Assembly (NCBI RefSeq): GCF_006345805.1
Contig: NC_042998.1
Coordinates: 47,864,001-47,928,000 of the forward strand
Direction: 5' to 3'
Source: Octopus sinensis
Taxonomy: Eukaryota
DNA length: 64,000 bases
Numbering within the stretch: the stretch's first letter is position 1; each line of letters starts with the position of its first letter. Under the pieces are notes generated by a model that saw nothing but the letters and a program-made list of their open reading frames with translations, was not told the origin of the DNA and searched no databases. Below are positions 51,103 to 63,679 of the stretch, piece by piece. The translations under genes were made by a program, and so were the position numbers.

Positions 51103-51587
51103 GGCGAGCTGGCAAAAGCGTTAGCACGCCGGGCGAAATGCGTAGTCGTATTTCATCTGCCGTTACGTTCTGAGTTCAAATTCCGCCGAGGTCGACTTTG
51201 CCTTTCATCCTTTCGGGGTCGGTTAAATAAGTACCAGTTACGCACTGGTGAAAGGTAGGAGAGTCCAGTTTGCTGGACATTGTTGTAGAGCTGAAAAAGA
51301 ATAATTTCTACTCTTCTCCTCTGGAAGCCATCTACTCGCAATACCAGAGGGCGCACAATCTCCTACCCTGATGTAATCTCCAGAGATACAGGCATCCAGC
51401 AACAGGACCTCCGTAATGCTATGATGGACCGTGAAGTCTGGCGTAACATAGTAAATTCCATTGTCTCGACCACGGTCGAACAATGATGATGATACGCACT
51501 GGGGTCGATATAATCGACTTAACCCGTTTGTCTGTCCTTGTTCATCCTCTCTGTGTTTAGCCCCTTGTGAGTAGTAAAGAAATAGAT
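51103..51587 (+). mobile_element. SINE family A split by an RTE insertion
   Basis: The SINE consensus resumes after the second TSD. Confidence 0.85.
51249..51492 (+). mobile_element. 5'-truncated RTE-clade LINE 3' end (244 bp) with (TGA)n tail
   Basis: Encodes RRVQFAGHCCRAE / IISTLLLWKP...RGRTISYPDVISRDTG...MMDREVWRNIV...EQ* with one frameshift. 10-bp TSD TACGCACTGG at 51239-51248 and 51493-51502. Confidence 0.88.
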
Positions 51588-53519
51588 AATGAACCATGTC
51601 TCATGCGGCCCGCTTCTCAGAAAGAAAAAAAAAGAAGAAAGACGTGCGCATACCTCTAAATTTTGATGGTTCGAGATTTTATTTTGTGGGTCAACGAGGT
51701 TCAAATCGTACAAAGATTGTGGTTTCGGAAGAAGCAACAGAAGAAAATAACAGTACAAACTGAATTAATCGTTTTATAAGACCTTTTGTTTCGTCCTCTT
51801 AAATACCGCCGTATGCATACTTACACACCCTGTCACAGATATTAAACTATACATACACATGTTAAGCAGGTGAGAGTTGTTTATCATACAGTATGACCTC
51901 TGGAAGGTTATAAAGATAATGGTGACCGATTCACCGATCCGGTTTCAATTGCTGGTTGGAGCCGCTTAACTTACGTCACTAATAACCTCAGAGAAATATA
52001 TACAGGCGTCACAACTTCTCACCGCTAGAGATTACAATTCTGATGTAATGTAATTTTTCTCTTGTTCAAAAATTGATAAGTAAATCAAACAAGTATCACA
52101 TCAAATATCTCTTAAATTTTCGCTTGAGTTTTCGTCGTTGGCTGGACCTCGTAATGGGTTCTTTGCCCTAGTAACTAATATGATGAATAAGAACAGCATT
52201 CAGTGGTGCAGTTAGAGTTATGTTTTGTCCGGGAGCAGCCCTTGATTTTTTTTTTTTTTTTTTGCTTCTCTGATGCGGATCCCCAAGCTTCAGACCCAAT
52301 AGCGTCGCCATGGACAGAGCGCCCTCTTCACATCTGGCCATACCACTGATAGCGTTGCATAAACACGTAACCATGTTAAGACAAACCCCCTCTGATTATG
52401 TATGTGCTTGACCAGCAAGGGAAATTTTGCAAAAGGAACGAGGTTGTTCTCCTTTCGGGTCGCTTAACCCTTTCCCAAAATTCAAGGTTTTTTATTCGAT
52501 TTTTTAAACTTAAAGAAGATACTGTTAGATATTCACGGACCTCTGCTTCGATCTACGGGTCCTGGAGTGATGCAATAGCTAAAACCCGCCTTGAAAAGGC
52601 GCTGCATTTATATAATACATATAATACAAACTTAAATGTACGTAAATGAGCAAATTAGACAGCTGATAATGGACCAATGTTATTAATTTTTGAAACTCCT
52701 CGGTCAAAATTCTGGTTGTCCCCATGCACAGGATGGTGTCATTTTTTTCTCTTCATGTTTTTTACTTCTTTCTTTTTAAAGAATTTATACAGATTTAAAT
52801 GAAATAACTAGTATAGCGAGTCAAAATCGAATAAAAACCTCAATGAATTATTCAAAACTCTGATAACACAAATATGAAAATCTTGCCAAACAAATACAAA
52901 AACGAAACAGCAATATTTGAAATAAATTCAGACCTCCAGATGAACACACACACATACACACACACACCACACACACACACAGAAGAGGAGGAGATAGGGG
53001 TGGGAGGGAGATTATTGAATTAGGATTGGCGTCATTTCTGGAGAAAGCTGGCGCCTTAGATCAGCTGAACTTTAACATACGAGATTACAATTTACGACAT
53101 CGTCATAATTTACAAATATACATAAATATATGCAAATCAATCTTACAATTATCACGGAGTGCGTTAGACTGTTCGTTTGGTGTAAGTTCCTTTAAAGTAT
53201 AATGAGAGAGAAAAAAAGTCACAGGAGAGGGGCAGAATTTGGGAAACCGAAACTGTGTTTGTTTCCCATGGTATCCACAATGTACTGGCTACCCTGGACA
53301 GCCATTTGATTTACCAAAACTTTGATCTGGGTTATTTTATTTTATGATATATATGTTGAACAATAGGTCAAATATGACTTCAGTGCATTCCAGAAGGGAG
53401 TGTTTGTAACTCGGTGCAGCACGAATATTGCAAGGGACTTCAAATTTTCATGTTGCTATATGCAGGCTGAAGTTTGTCGTGAATATATTAGTTACGCTAA
53501 TTTGTGAAGACATTTGCAT

Positions 53520-54720
53520 GTCAAATTGCAATTACCGACGTTGTAACCTTCGTTTTAGCACGGACTGCTATCTTTCTGGTATGAAGTCTGGACACTAAGT
53601 GAAAGTTTACCCTTAGCAGCCAGAGTATAGCCGAGACTAACGAGAGTAGGGGTAAATACGTATCTGTACCATACTTCAGTTCTCGATTCAAACAATTCAA
53701 ATTCACGGCATCTCTAATAGTAGTCTTCTGAAATGTCTAAAACCAGATTATGATCGGGGCAGATGTGTCTCCGATAAGAAAATGAATCTGTTGAGCAGGA
53801 ATCAAGCCAGAAATTTTACAGCAGTAGACAAAACGCGATTTCTGTATGTTTGCCACAGTTGTTTGACTCCTTTCTTGATGATAGTAATAATGATTATATC
53901 TCTTCTCGCGTTCAGATTAGCGGAGAAACAGAGTACATGAAACTTTGTTGTAAATGCTTGATTGCCAAAATGCTGCCGGTGCGAGGACCTTTATTATTTT
54001 TTTTAATGGAACAAATTGCTGTTTTGACTCTTGCAATATAAGCTGGAGCCTGTAAGTTCTTCGTCATTGACCTGGCGGGATATTGTCCAGATATCCTTCG
54101 TTTGTTGCAGAATCATGATTAAGCAAGATTTCGAAATGCTTTTTTTTGTTTGTGTTCTTTTTGCCGGTTGTTAACTCCTCCTTTCGATCTAAGGAATGTT
54201 GGGTCTGATGTACTAAGACTACACACACACACACACACACACAAAACTCTTATGTCCGCCAGTTTGTAAATTTACAGTGATTTGGCCTGCTTTCAATTTT
54301 TCTTCATTGCACCTGCTACTTTCAGGACTATAAACTTTTTTCTTTTGGTGAACTCTCCTTCTGCACTCATTATTCTTCTCACTTTAGCAAGCGGGAAAAA
54401 CCACATTTTCTGTCAATCAGCTGCTTCGTTTGGGTGTTGTTGTCGTCAAACCAGTCTTAATATTTTCTTGCGGTGAAGACTCAAGTACTCCAGACAGCTG
54501 TCGAGATAGCTGCTTTCAGAGCGCACCATGTGTTTTCAGGGGTCTTGCTATGTATCATGCTAATGTATGACAGTTTTATTATCTCAGGAGAGAAAAAGAG
54601 AGACTCAATATTGATTGTCATTGGGCATCGCTTCTGTTGTCGACTTCTCCATGGACCTAGTTGAACTGCTATCATACACTCTGTTAGGCAGTGGTACTTT
54701 CAGCAACCATAAGCTCCTGT
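53520..54720 (-). mobile_element. Old RTE/BovB-like LINE ORF fragment (linker to RT domains 1-2)
   Basis: Ordered remnants PENTWCALKAAIST, DWFDDNNTQTKQLIDRK, DNIPARSM...VKTAICSIK, LSTAVKFLA*FLLNRF and LPRS*SGFR. A (CA)n tract interrupts it near 54220-54243. Confidence 0.7.
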
Positions 54721-55278
54721 TACAACGTGTTCGGGGTATATATCCTTACGACCAAGCGATCAAATAGGTCACCTTTGCGTTTGTTTACTTTACGTAATAA
54801 CATATTGGTGATTACGAAGTCTTTTTCCCTTCACATTTAGGAGCAGAACATAATTTGAATATTACTGTGTGCAAGAGAGAATAGGCACTGCAACGGGTCC
54901 CCGGAAAGAAGGGGTAATGTTGATAATTTATTGGAGTGTGCAATACTGTACTTGAAGGAACAATCTAAGCATAGATAAATTTCTTGTCTAATATATATAT
55001 ATATAATCTGTATGGGGAGTGGGGTAGTGTATGTGACAGTATGTACGCGTATATCAAGTGTTCTTAATTACCAAACCATTTACATTGTGTGTAAATGTAC
55101 ATGTATGTACGTATGGTTTAAGTGTAGTAATGAATGTTATCTGTACAGTTATGTGGTGATTATCAGATAATTTTAGTAATTGCAGCTGAATTTGAAGCTG
55201 AATGACTTTCATGACGATGGTGGTCGTGGTAGTGGTGAAATGGGAATAAGTATCTTAATACATCTTACTTCCAAAAGA

Positions 55279-55348
<70 letters not shown>

Positions 55349-55349
55349 C

Positions 55350-55397
<48 letters not shown>

Positions 55398-55399
<2 letters not shown>

Positions 55400-55590
55400 C
55401 GTTGGTGATTTTTTTCCTCCGTCTTCTCTTCCTTGGATCTTTCCTTTTCCTATATTTCTGACGAAGAGCTCCGCTCGAAACGTTAAATCCTTCTTCATTC
55501 TTTCCTTTCCTGAGCGTCCAATAATACTATGCTTGTTCCACGTCCTCGCGTTGTTTTATTTTCTCTTTGTGTTTTCATGTTTGTATTGAC
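55398..55590 (+). mobile_element. Solo Penelope pLTR/retrozyme-like unit of about 190 bp between two (TA)n tracts
   Basis: Contains the hammerhead at 55454-55488 and is flanked on both sides by TA-rich microsatellite. Confidence 0.6.
55454..55488 (+). ncRNA. Minimal (loop-III-less) type I hammerhead motif
   Basis: AUUU / CUGACGA (55458-55464) / A / GAGC-ucc-GCUC / GAAA / palindromic ACGU / GUU cleavage after 55484 / AAAU. Confidence 0.65.
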
Positions 55591-55595
55591 TATAT

Positions 55596-55631
<36 letters not shown>

Positions 55632-55816
55632 CATGCATACACACACACACACACATTTCATCCCATCATCTGTATGTGTATTTCTATACATGGGGATATG
55701 AATGCTTGTGTAAGTCGTTCAAGTCATCGAGGAATCCCCGGTTTATATCCTACCCTTTCACTCATTGTGTAGTGCCTAAGTTCAAGACATTTTGCCCGGC
55801 GTACTAACGATTCTTA

Positions 55817-56228
55817 TTCCTTTATTGCCCACAAGGGGCTAAACAGAGGGGTCAAACAAGGACAGACAAACGGATTAAGTCGATTATATCAACCCCAGTG
55901 CATAACTGGTACTTACTTTATCAACCCCGAAAGGATGAAAGTCAAAGTCGACCTCGGCGGAATTTGAACTCAGAATGTAACGGCAGACGAAATACCTATT
56001 TCTTTATTACCCACAAGGGGCTAAACACAGAAGGGACAAACAAGGACAGACATAGGTATTAAGTCGATTACATCGACCCCAGTGCGTAACTGGTACTTAA
56101 ATTATCGACCCCGAAAGGATGAAAGGCAAAGTCGACCTCGGCGGAATTTGAACTCAGAATGTAACGGCAGACGAAATACCGCTAAGCATTTCGCCCGGCG
56201 TGTTAACGTTTCTGCCAGCTCGCCGCCT
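55817..56228 (-). mobile_element. SINE family A partial dimer
   Basis: Same junction, AAAGAAATAGGTATTTCGTCTGCCG, at about 55981-56005. Confidence 0.88.
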
Positions 56229-56694
56229 TAAGCAACAAAAAGATATTGAGTTGTCATTTAAATTCGTTCGTTTTTTTGCTTATTTTACTTATTTGGCATT
56301 CCACCACCATTAAACGTCTAAAAAATAGATAAAAATTTATTCAAATTTCAAAAAAGAATAATTACAAAAAAAAAAAAGGAAAAACTTGTAAAAACATTAC
56401 GATAAAAATATTTTTCATGTTAATTCAGATACCATTAGAAAGGATTAGAATTAGTGAAAAAAAAAAAAAAAAAAAGGCGAATGAATTTATCTGACAACCC
56501 AAATATATATCTTCAGATTAAAATATTCTTTGCTCCACAATTCATTAAGACTTCACTGACGCAGAGTTAGTTACGAGGGGAGTAACTTTCGTATAAACAC
56601 TCCACTTATGAAATAGAACAAATTCATAAATCATTATCCCACCCACCCTTTAATGATGTGAGACCTAAATTCTTAAGTCGCTGACTCACTAGCT

Positions 56695-57266
56695 ATGTAT
56701 GTATGTATGTGTGTATGTATGTGTGTATGTATGTGTGTATGTATGTATGTGTGTATGTATGTGTGTATGTATATATATGTGTATGTATATATATGTGTAT
56801 GTATCTGTGTATGTGTGTGTATGTGTGTGTATGTGTGTGTATGTGTGTGTATGTGTGTGTATGTGTGTGTATGTGTGTGTATGTATGTGTGTATGTCTGT
56901 GTGTATGTCTGTGTGTATGTCTGTGTGTATGTATGTATATATATGTGTATGTATATATATGTGTATGTATCTGTGTATGTGTGTGTGTGTGTGTGTGTAT
57001 GTGTGTGTATGTGTGTGTATGTGTGTGTATGTGTGTGTATGTATGTGTGTATGTATGTGTGTATGTATGTGTGTATGTATGTGTGTATGTGTGTGTATGT
57101 GTGTGTGTGTATGTGTGTGTATGTATGTGTGCGTGTATGTATGTATGTGTGTGTGTATGTGTGTGTGTGTATGTGTGTGTGTAGGTATGTGTGTTATGTG
57201 TGTGTGTATGTGTGCGTGTATGTATGTGTGTGTGTATGGTGTATGTATTTATGTGTGTGTGTGTGT
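56695..57266. repeat. Compound (TATG)/(TG) microsatellite with a duplicated block of about 60 bp
   Basis: Block near 56761-56820 recurs near 56929-56990. Confidence 0.92.
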
Positions 57267-57804
57267 TGGGACGGTGGAGGTGTTCGAGAAGGAATAAAGG
57301 TGAAAGAGAGAAAGAGATAAAGAGAGAGGGAGAAAGAGAAAGGGAGAAAAAGAGATAGGGGGTAAGAGATAGGGAGTAAGAGAAAGAGATAGGGAGTAAG
57401 TGAGAGGGACAGACAGATTATAATCTACTTTCCACAAAATGGCTGAGGGGAAAATACCTTAGTTAGGAGTACTGCACAGTAAAGTAGGAGAAATAGAGTA
57501 GGGTCTCATATAGAATATATCCTGCGCTGAAGAACTATCGACTTAGGTTATTCAAATATCTAACTGGTAGACAAAATACCAACCAGGCAGGATTTAAAAT
57601 CTAAATACAAAAAAAGGGGAGATAATTCTAATAAAATCAGATGATCAAAGTATTTCAATATAAACGAGGCAAACTGAAGTGGATCTCGTCTTTAGAATCT
57701 TTAAACTGGTGATAGCAATGAAAGGCTTTGGTTATATAAAATCTCCGAATAATCCTTTTGTACAGAAATCGAGGGACGTATAATGAAGCATATCTTATTT
57801 TTTC

Positions 57805-58008
57805 GCTTGTCATTAGAGTGCGGCCATGCTGGGGCACCGCCTTGAAATTTTTAGTCGAACGAATCTACCCCAGTACTTATTTTTTAAGCCTGGTACTTAT
57901 TCTATCGGTCTCTTTTGCCGAACCGCCACGTTACTGGGATGCAAACATGCAAACACCGGTTGTCGAGCGGTGGTGCTGGGGGACAAACACAGACAGAAGG
58001 ACACATAC

Positions 58009-58055
<47 letters not shown>

Positions 58056-58215
58056 CGAGCTTCTTCCAGTTTCTGTCTACCAAATCCACTCACAAGGCTT
58101 TGATCGGCCCGAGGCCATAGTAGAAGACACTTACCCAAGGTGCCACATAATGTGACTGAACCCGGAGCCATGTGGTTGGGAAGCAAGCTTCTTACCCACA
58201 CACCCACGTCTGCGC
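57805..58215 (-). mobile_element. SINE family B
   Basis: Consensus match. Confidence 0.82.
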
Positions 58216-59481
58216 TTATAGTGAATATCAACCAAAATGATTTAGACTTAGATCTGTTACGAGCCGTAGGACACATAAGACTGAGGTTTAGATCAGGTTA
58301 TCTGAGATAACAGCACTGCCCTTTGAACAGGACATCGGTCCGTCGCAGGGCTAACTTTCCAGCTATTACAGGAATTCGTCTACAGCTGAGAGAACTGGGG
58401 CAGCTTGAAACCACGGTTCGGGATTCAAAACCAAGATCTTACGACCGTGAGAGCAACCCCTTAACCACTACGCCACGTACTCCTACTCGAACCGAATTGA
58501 AGAGTAAAACTGTCCCAGCAGTGCTTCAGTGTACTAAAATATGAGAACGAGCGACGAGCAGTGAAAATTTAAGTTCAGAAAACAAATCATGAAGCATCAT
58601 CCAATAATAAGCCTGAAATTTAAAAAATTCATTTAATCGTACATATCGACTCTTGTAATACGAAATTGTGTGTATGTGTGTGTTTCAGAAACTGGACAGA
58701 AACTGGAAGAATGACGTCAGTTTTAAAGGTTAAAAAAGTGGTGGGGGGTCACCTTCTGTAGTCATGCCGACTCATGACGTCGTTCTATTGGTTTCCATTG
58801 TATATAAAATATCTCGCCTAGACCAGATGCTGGTCCGTCGCAGGGTTACTCATGTTTGCCAACAGAGTGGACTGGAGCATCGTGAAATGAAGTGTTTTGC
58901 TGAAGAACACAACGCGTCGCCCGGTCCGAAACCACAATCTTGCGATCATGAGTCCAACACTCTAACCACTGAACCACACACCTGCACAATTAGAATGACC
59001 GAGGAATAAACAATAATGATTGCTTGTTCCTTTGTCACTCTAATTTCTTTCTACCTCTGTACTCGACTGACGCTTTGTTCTGAAGTATATAAGTATATAT
59101 ATTGGCTTCAAATTTTGGCACAAGACCGGCAAGTTCAGGGTAGGAGTCAAGTCGAATGCATCGACTCCGACTCCTGTGCTCGAGAGAGAGAGAGAGAGAG
59201 AGAGAGAGTGAGTGTATGTTTGTCAGTGCCAGAGACACTGACAAATATAATATTACTTTCTCACATTTACTAACAAAACCGAAAACTATCGAACACAGTT
59301 ATAATTACGATTACACTAATGTAGAGTAATCCTTCTTCGTCTTAAGAAATTCAGGAGTAAAAAAAAAATTTTTTTTTAAACTATCGGTGATCCTTCGGTA
59401 TTGGTTTGTCACGAAGGAAGGTTGAGTTGGTGAATGATGTCATCTACTAATACCGAAACCGAAGTATTATATCTTAATTAT

Positions 59482-59915
59482 CCTTCCTACTCTAGGTACA
59501 AGGTCCGAAATTTTGGAGGAGGGGATAAATCGATTACATCGACCCCAGTGCTGGACTGGAACTCATTTTATTGATCCCGAAAAGATAAAAGATGAAAGTC
59601 GACTTCGGCGGAATTTGAACTCAAAACGTTAAGACGGACAAAATGCCACTAAGTATATTTTGTCCGGCGGGTTAATGATTTTTCCAGCTTGCCGCCTTGA
59701 TAATTTTTCTAATTTTGGAATGAGGATAGGATAAGGGGGGGGGGGGAGCCGTTTACATAAACCTCGTTGGTCAACTGGTACTTATTTCATCGATCTGGAA
59801 AGGGCGAAAGACAAAATTGACCTCGGCGGGATTTGAACTTGGAACGTGATGAATCGAAAGAAATGCCGCTATGTTTTTTTGTCCGATGCGCTAACTATTC
59901 CGCCAGCTCACCACT
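59482..59915 (-). mobile_element. Two older family A-related SINE copies
   Basis: Diverged central domain, twice in tandem. Confidence 0.65.
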
Positions 59916-61320
59916 TTAATAATAATAAATAAATAATCATTAATTTTTTACAAAATAAAAGTAACAATTAAGACAGTAGTGTCAAATTTCTATAAATAAC
60001 AGAAATTACTGCAGTGGTGAGAGAAAAAGAGAGGGGGGAACCTGTGCCTACGTGAGCGAGGGAGAGAGAGAGAGAGAACGAAAGAGCGACAAATAAAGTG
60101 GAACAGAGAAAGAAATAGTGGGCGTGTTAAAGAGATTTTGAGAGAGAGAGAGAAAGAAAGAGCGAGAAGGTAGGGAAAAAGTTTTCGAGAGTAAGAAAAA
60201 ATTAGGGAATAAAGGGAAGAGTTTACCCCCCCCCCCACCTTCCTCGTTCTTTATAGCTCACGTTCTTGGGAATATGTAGTGAGAAAAAAAGGAGGGGCAT
60301 CCTCATGATCTGGATAGGTTCATAAGGGTCAACTTAGTTAAAAAGAACAAAACAAAATGAAGGAAAAAAAAAATAACGTAGCTAACCTAATTTCAATACT
60401 TTCCAGCAGATGTCGTTGTTATATATCCAGCTAATGTGTGCGTGTGTGTGTGCCTCAATTTATAAGTGGGGGAAGGAGAGATAGAAAGAACGAATGAATG
60501 AACGAACGGGAAAGGTTTATGTTAATTAAAAGACATTCATTCACACACAGATATAGTACACACATACTATATACATCACATGATCGTAGATTTTTTTTTC
60601 CACGAAATGTTTGCATATGTATGTACGTGTGTGTGTGTGTTGTTGTTGTTGTTGTTGCTGAGGTTGCTTTAGTCTTTAAGTCAACCAGCATCGAGCAAGG
60701 TTAATTAATAATTAATGATCAAAGGCAATCCAGTCGAGGCCATCCCTACGTTTTTAAAGGTATCTGGGATTATATTATTTAATAATGATAACAGTCCACA
60801 TATAAAATGTTATAAAGCGGCGAAATGACAGAATTATTTTATTGGCACACGGGAACAAAAAAAAAAAAAATGCTTAGTGACATATCATCTGTCTTCATGT
60901 TCTGAGTTTAATTTTCCGCCGAGCTCGACTTTGCTATACATTTTTTTTTTCAAGCCTTTTGCCTTCAGTACAAAGAATTATTTAAAATGTTGACGTGATA
61001 TTTGTAGATGACAATTACGCGTGGACCAGGCAAGCAAAGTATTAACATAGATCAGGGGATCGGGGAACTTTTTTAACCAATGACTCCAAAATTTATTTAT
61101 GCCGACGTTACCCACTTGATTAGAAAGGAAGAAAATCAAATTCTTCGAATTCAAAAAGCTTATTGAATCTATTTATATGAATTTATTTACACGTCCATTA
61201 ATTATATCGGACAGATGCAGTGTTGTCAGAAGAAAATTTTGTTGTAGCAAGGAACACTTTTTTTTAAAATATAATTTTATATTTGTTTAATGTAATTTTA
61301 CATATAATTTTACATAGCTG

Positions 61321-61392
61321 TCCTCGGTAGTATAGTGGTAAGAATCCCCGCCTGTCACGCGGGAGACCGGGGTTCGATTCCCCGCCGGGGAG
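61321..61392 (+). tRNA. tRNA-Asp-GTC: tRNA-Asp, anticodon GTC, intronless
   Basis: 72-nt cloverleaf with acceptor TCCTCGG/CCGGGGA, anticodon GTC at 61354-61356, GGTTCGATTCC B box and G73. One D-stem mismatch (A12:A23). Confidence 0.93.
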
Positions 61393-61705
61393 GTAACTTA
61401 ACTTTATTGCAAACATATATTATTAATGGCGGTGCCACAGCTCGTGAGCTGAAACTAGATAAAGTAAATAAAAAAAAAATGTCTCATGAGTCCTCATTAC
61501 CTTCAAGAATTTCATTTTTATCCCACTTGGGGTAATTCACCCCGCTTCGCCGAACATGTTTAATCAGCTAAGTATAATCAAAGTTGTTTGTTAACTGTTT
61601 GTCAAATCCGAGTTCAAACTACGCTGGAGTCAATTTTGTTTTTTTATGATACCGAGGTCGAGAGAACTAGTAGTAAAAGGAAAAGAGAGAAAGAAAGAGT
61701 GACCG

Positions 61706-61985
61706 TATGTATGTATGTATGTATGTATGTATGTATGTATGTATGTATGTATGTAGGTATGTATGTATGTATGTATGTATGTATTATGTATGTATGTATG
61801 TATGTTGTATGTATGTATGTATGTAATGTATGTATGTATGTATGTATGTATGTATGTATGTATGTATGTATGTATGTATGTATGTATGTATGTATGTATG
61901 TATGATGTATGTATGTATGTATGTATTATGTATGTATGTATGTATGTATGTATGTATGTATGTATGTATGTATGTATGTATGTAT
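61706..61985. repeat. (TATG)n microsatellite with single-base interruptions
   Basis: Direct inspection; source of the MYVC ORFs. Confidence 0.95.
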
Positions 61986-62131
61986 TTACTTTGTACTACA
62001 AATATGAAATAAAATTAAAAATATTGATACATCCTTGCAGTAACTGTAAAAATTAACCTTCATGAAATGAGCACCAACTTTAACATTCCAGCACAATCTG
62101 AACACACACAGTACATGCATATGATATATAT

Positions 62132-62595
62132 AGGCGTGGCTGTGTGGTAGGAAGCTTACTTCTCAACCGTATGGATCTGGGTTCAGTGCAACAGCGCGGC
62201 ACATTGAATAAGTGTCTTCTAATACAGCCCAGGGCCGACCAAAGCCTTGTGAATAGATTTCCTTTCGGGGTCGATAAATTAAGTACCAGTTGCGTACTAG
62301 GGTTGATCTAATCGACTGACACCCTCCCCAAAAGTTTCAGGCCTTGTGCCTAGAGTAGAAAAGGAATGTACAAATGTATGTGTGTGTGTCTTTACATCAG
62401 TTCGGCCCCCACTGTTTGACAATCGGTGACAGGGTGTTTACGTCCTCGTAACTAAGCAGTTCGGCAAAAAAGAGATCGATAGATTAAGTGCTAGACTTTA
62501 AAAAAAATTAGTAATGGGGTCGATTCATTCAACCAAAATTTCAAGGCGGTGCCCCAGCAAGGCCGCAGTGTAATGACTGAAACAAGTAAACGATA
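62132..62595 (+). mobile_element. SINE family B with a family A-type 3' fragment (about 62252-62365) in its middle
   Basis: Abrupt switch at GATTTCCTTTCGGGGTCG. Confidence 0.7.
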
Positions 62596-62641
62596 ATATA
62601 ATATGATACAATATAATGTAACACACACACAACACACACAC

Positions 62642-62676
<35 letters not shown>

Positions 62677-63391
62677 TATTAGAGGGAAACCACTATGTGG
62701 ACACCCTTATACTAGAAATAGATCCGCTATGATCTTACCACTAAGAAATGTTCTCGAGGAAAATTTAGCAAAACAACCAAAACGTAATCGAAATTTAAAC
62801 GTAATAGTAATTTATATATACATATATATAAATAAATATATATATATATACACATACACACATAACTTAGTTGACGGTTATGAAATTTCAATGAAATAAA
62901 GACACGACTGTTATCACTAAACATTAAAAATCTTACGAACACCTTTCTACGGACTCGTGATCAATCACAACGTTCAGTGTTGTTATTTATTATTAAATGT
63001 ACGTAGCATTCTCACACGCTGGAAAATAAAATGAAAAAGAGAGAAAGTGTGTATGTGAGAGGGAGAGGTAGAGATAATGTGTCCACGAGATTTTTTTTTT
63101 CCTTCCATTTAACATTCCAGTTAACAGTTTATTTATTATGCACACCCGCAAATAATACCCACCAAGTGAACAAAATAACGAATACGTTAAAAGATCCGCT
63201 GGAGTGCGAAGAGTTTGCTGGAAAAGCGGAAATATTAACTTTAAGCCAGTAATTGGGTAGCAACCCTCATGGGCAAGTGCCCTCTACTATACCTCTGTGC
63301 CGACTAAAGATTTGCGAGTAGATTAGGTAGACGGAAACTAAAAGAAGAGTGTCGCGCGCATGAGCATGTATATATATAGGTGTGTGTGTGT

Positions 63392-63642
63392 GTGGAGGCA
63401 CAATGGCCCAGTGGTTAGGGTAGCGGACTCGCGGTCGGAGGATCGCGGTTTCGATTCCCAGACCAGGCATTGTGTGTGTGTTTATTGAGCGAAGACATCT
63501 AAAAGCTTCACGAGGCTCCGGCAGGGGGGTGGGGGTGGCGACCCCTGTTATACTCTTTCGTCCCTCTTTCTGCGATGGACTGGCGTCCCACATACGCCAT
63601 AGAAACCGGGCCCATGAGCCTGGCTAGGCTTGAAAAGGGCAC

Positions 63643-63647
<5 letters not shown>
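63392..63647 (+). mobile_element. Chimeric SINE: family C 5' half plus family D 3' end
   Basis: C-like to about 63570, then TGCGATGGACTGGCGTCCC...AAAAGGGCACA as in 16447-16698. Confidence 0.72.

Positions 63648-63679
<32 letters not shown>

Noticed and set aside
52289-52323. REST/RE1-like CCATGGACAG-AGCGCC
   Set aside because: The left half-site and spacing do not fit, and a REST system is not established for molluscs to my knowledge.
53270-53370. Possible Tc1 WPPxSPDL...LWGYLK remnant
   Set aside because: It needs several frameshifts and substitutions and is too weak to call by eye.
59394-59458. 9-bp terminal stem enclosing ATGATG, like a C/D snoRNA
   Set aside because: The box C-like word is at the wrong end and there is no terminal CTGA box D.
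1653-62056. Long ORFs rich in YI, VC, HT or MYVC (for example 14895-15788, 56695-57320, 61588-62056)
   Set aside because: They are translations of TA/TG/TATG microsatellites, which lack stop codons in some frames.
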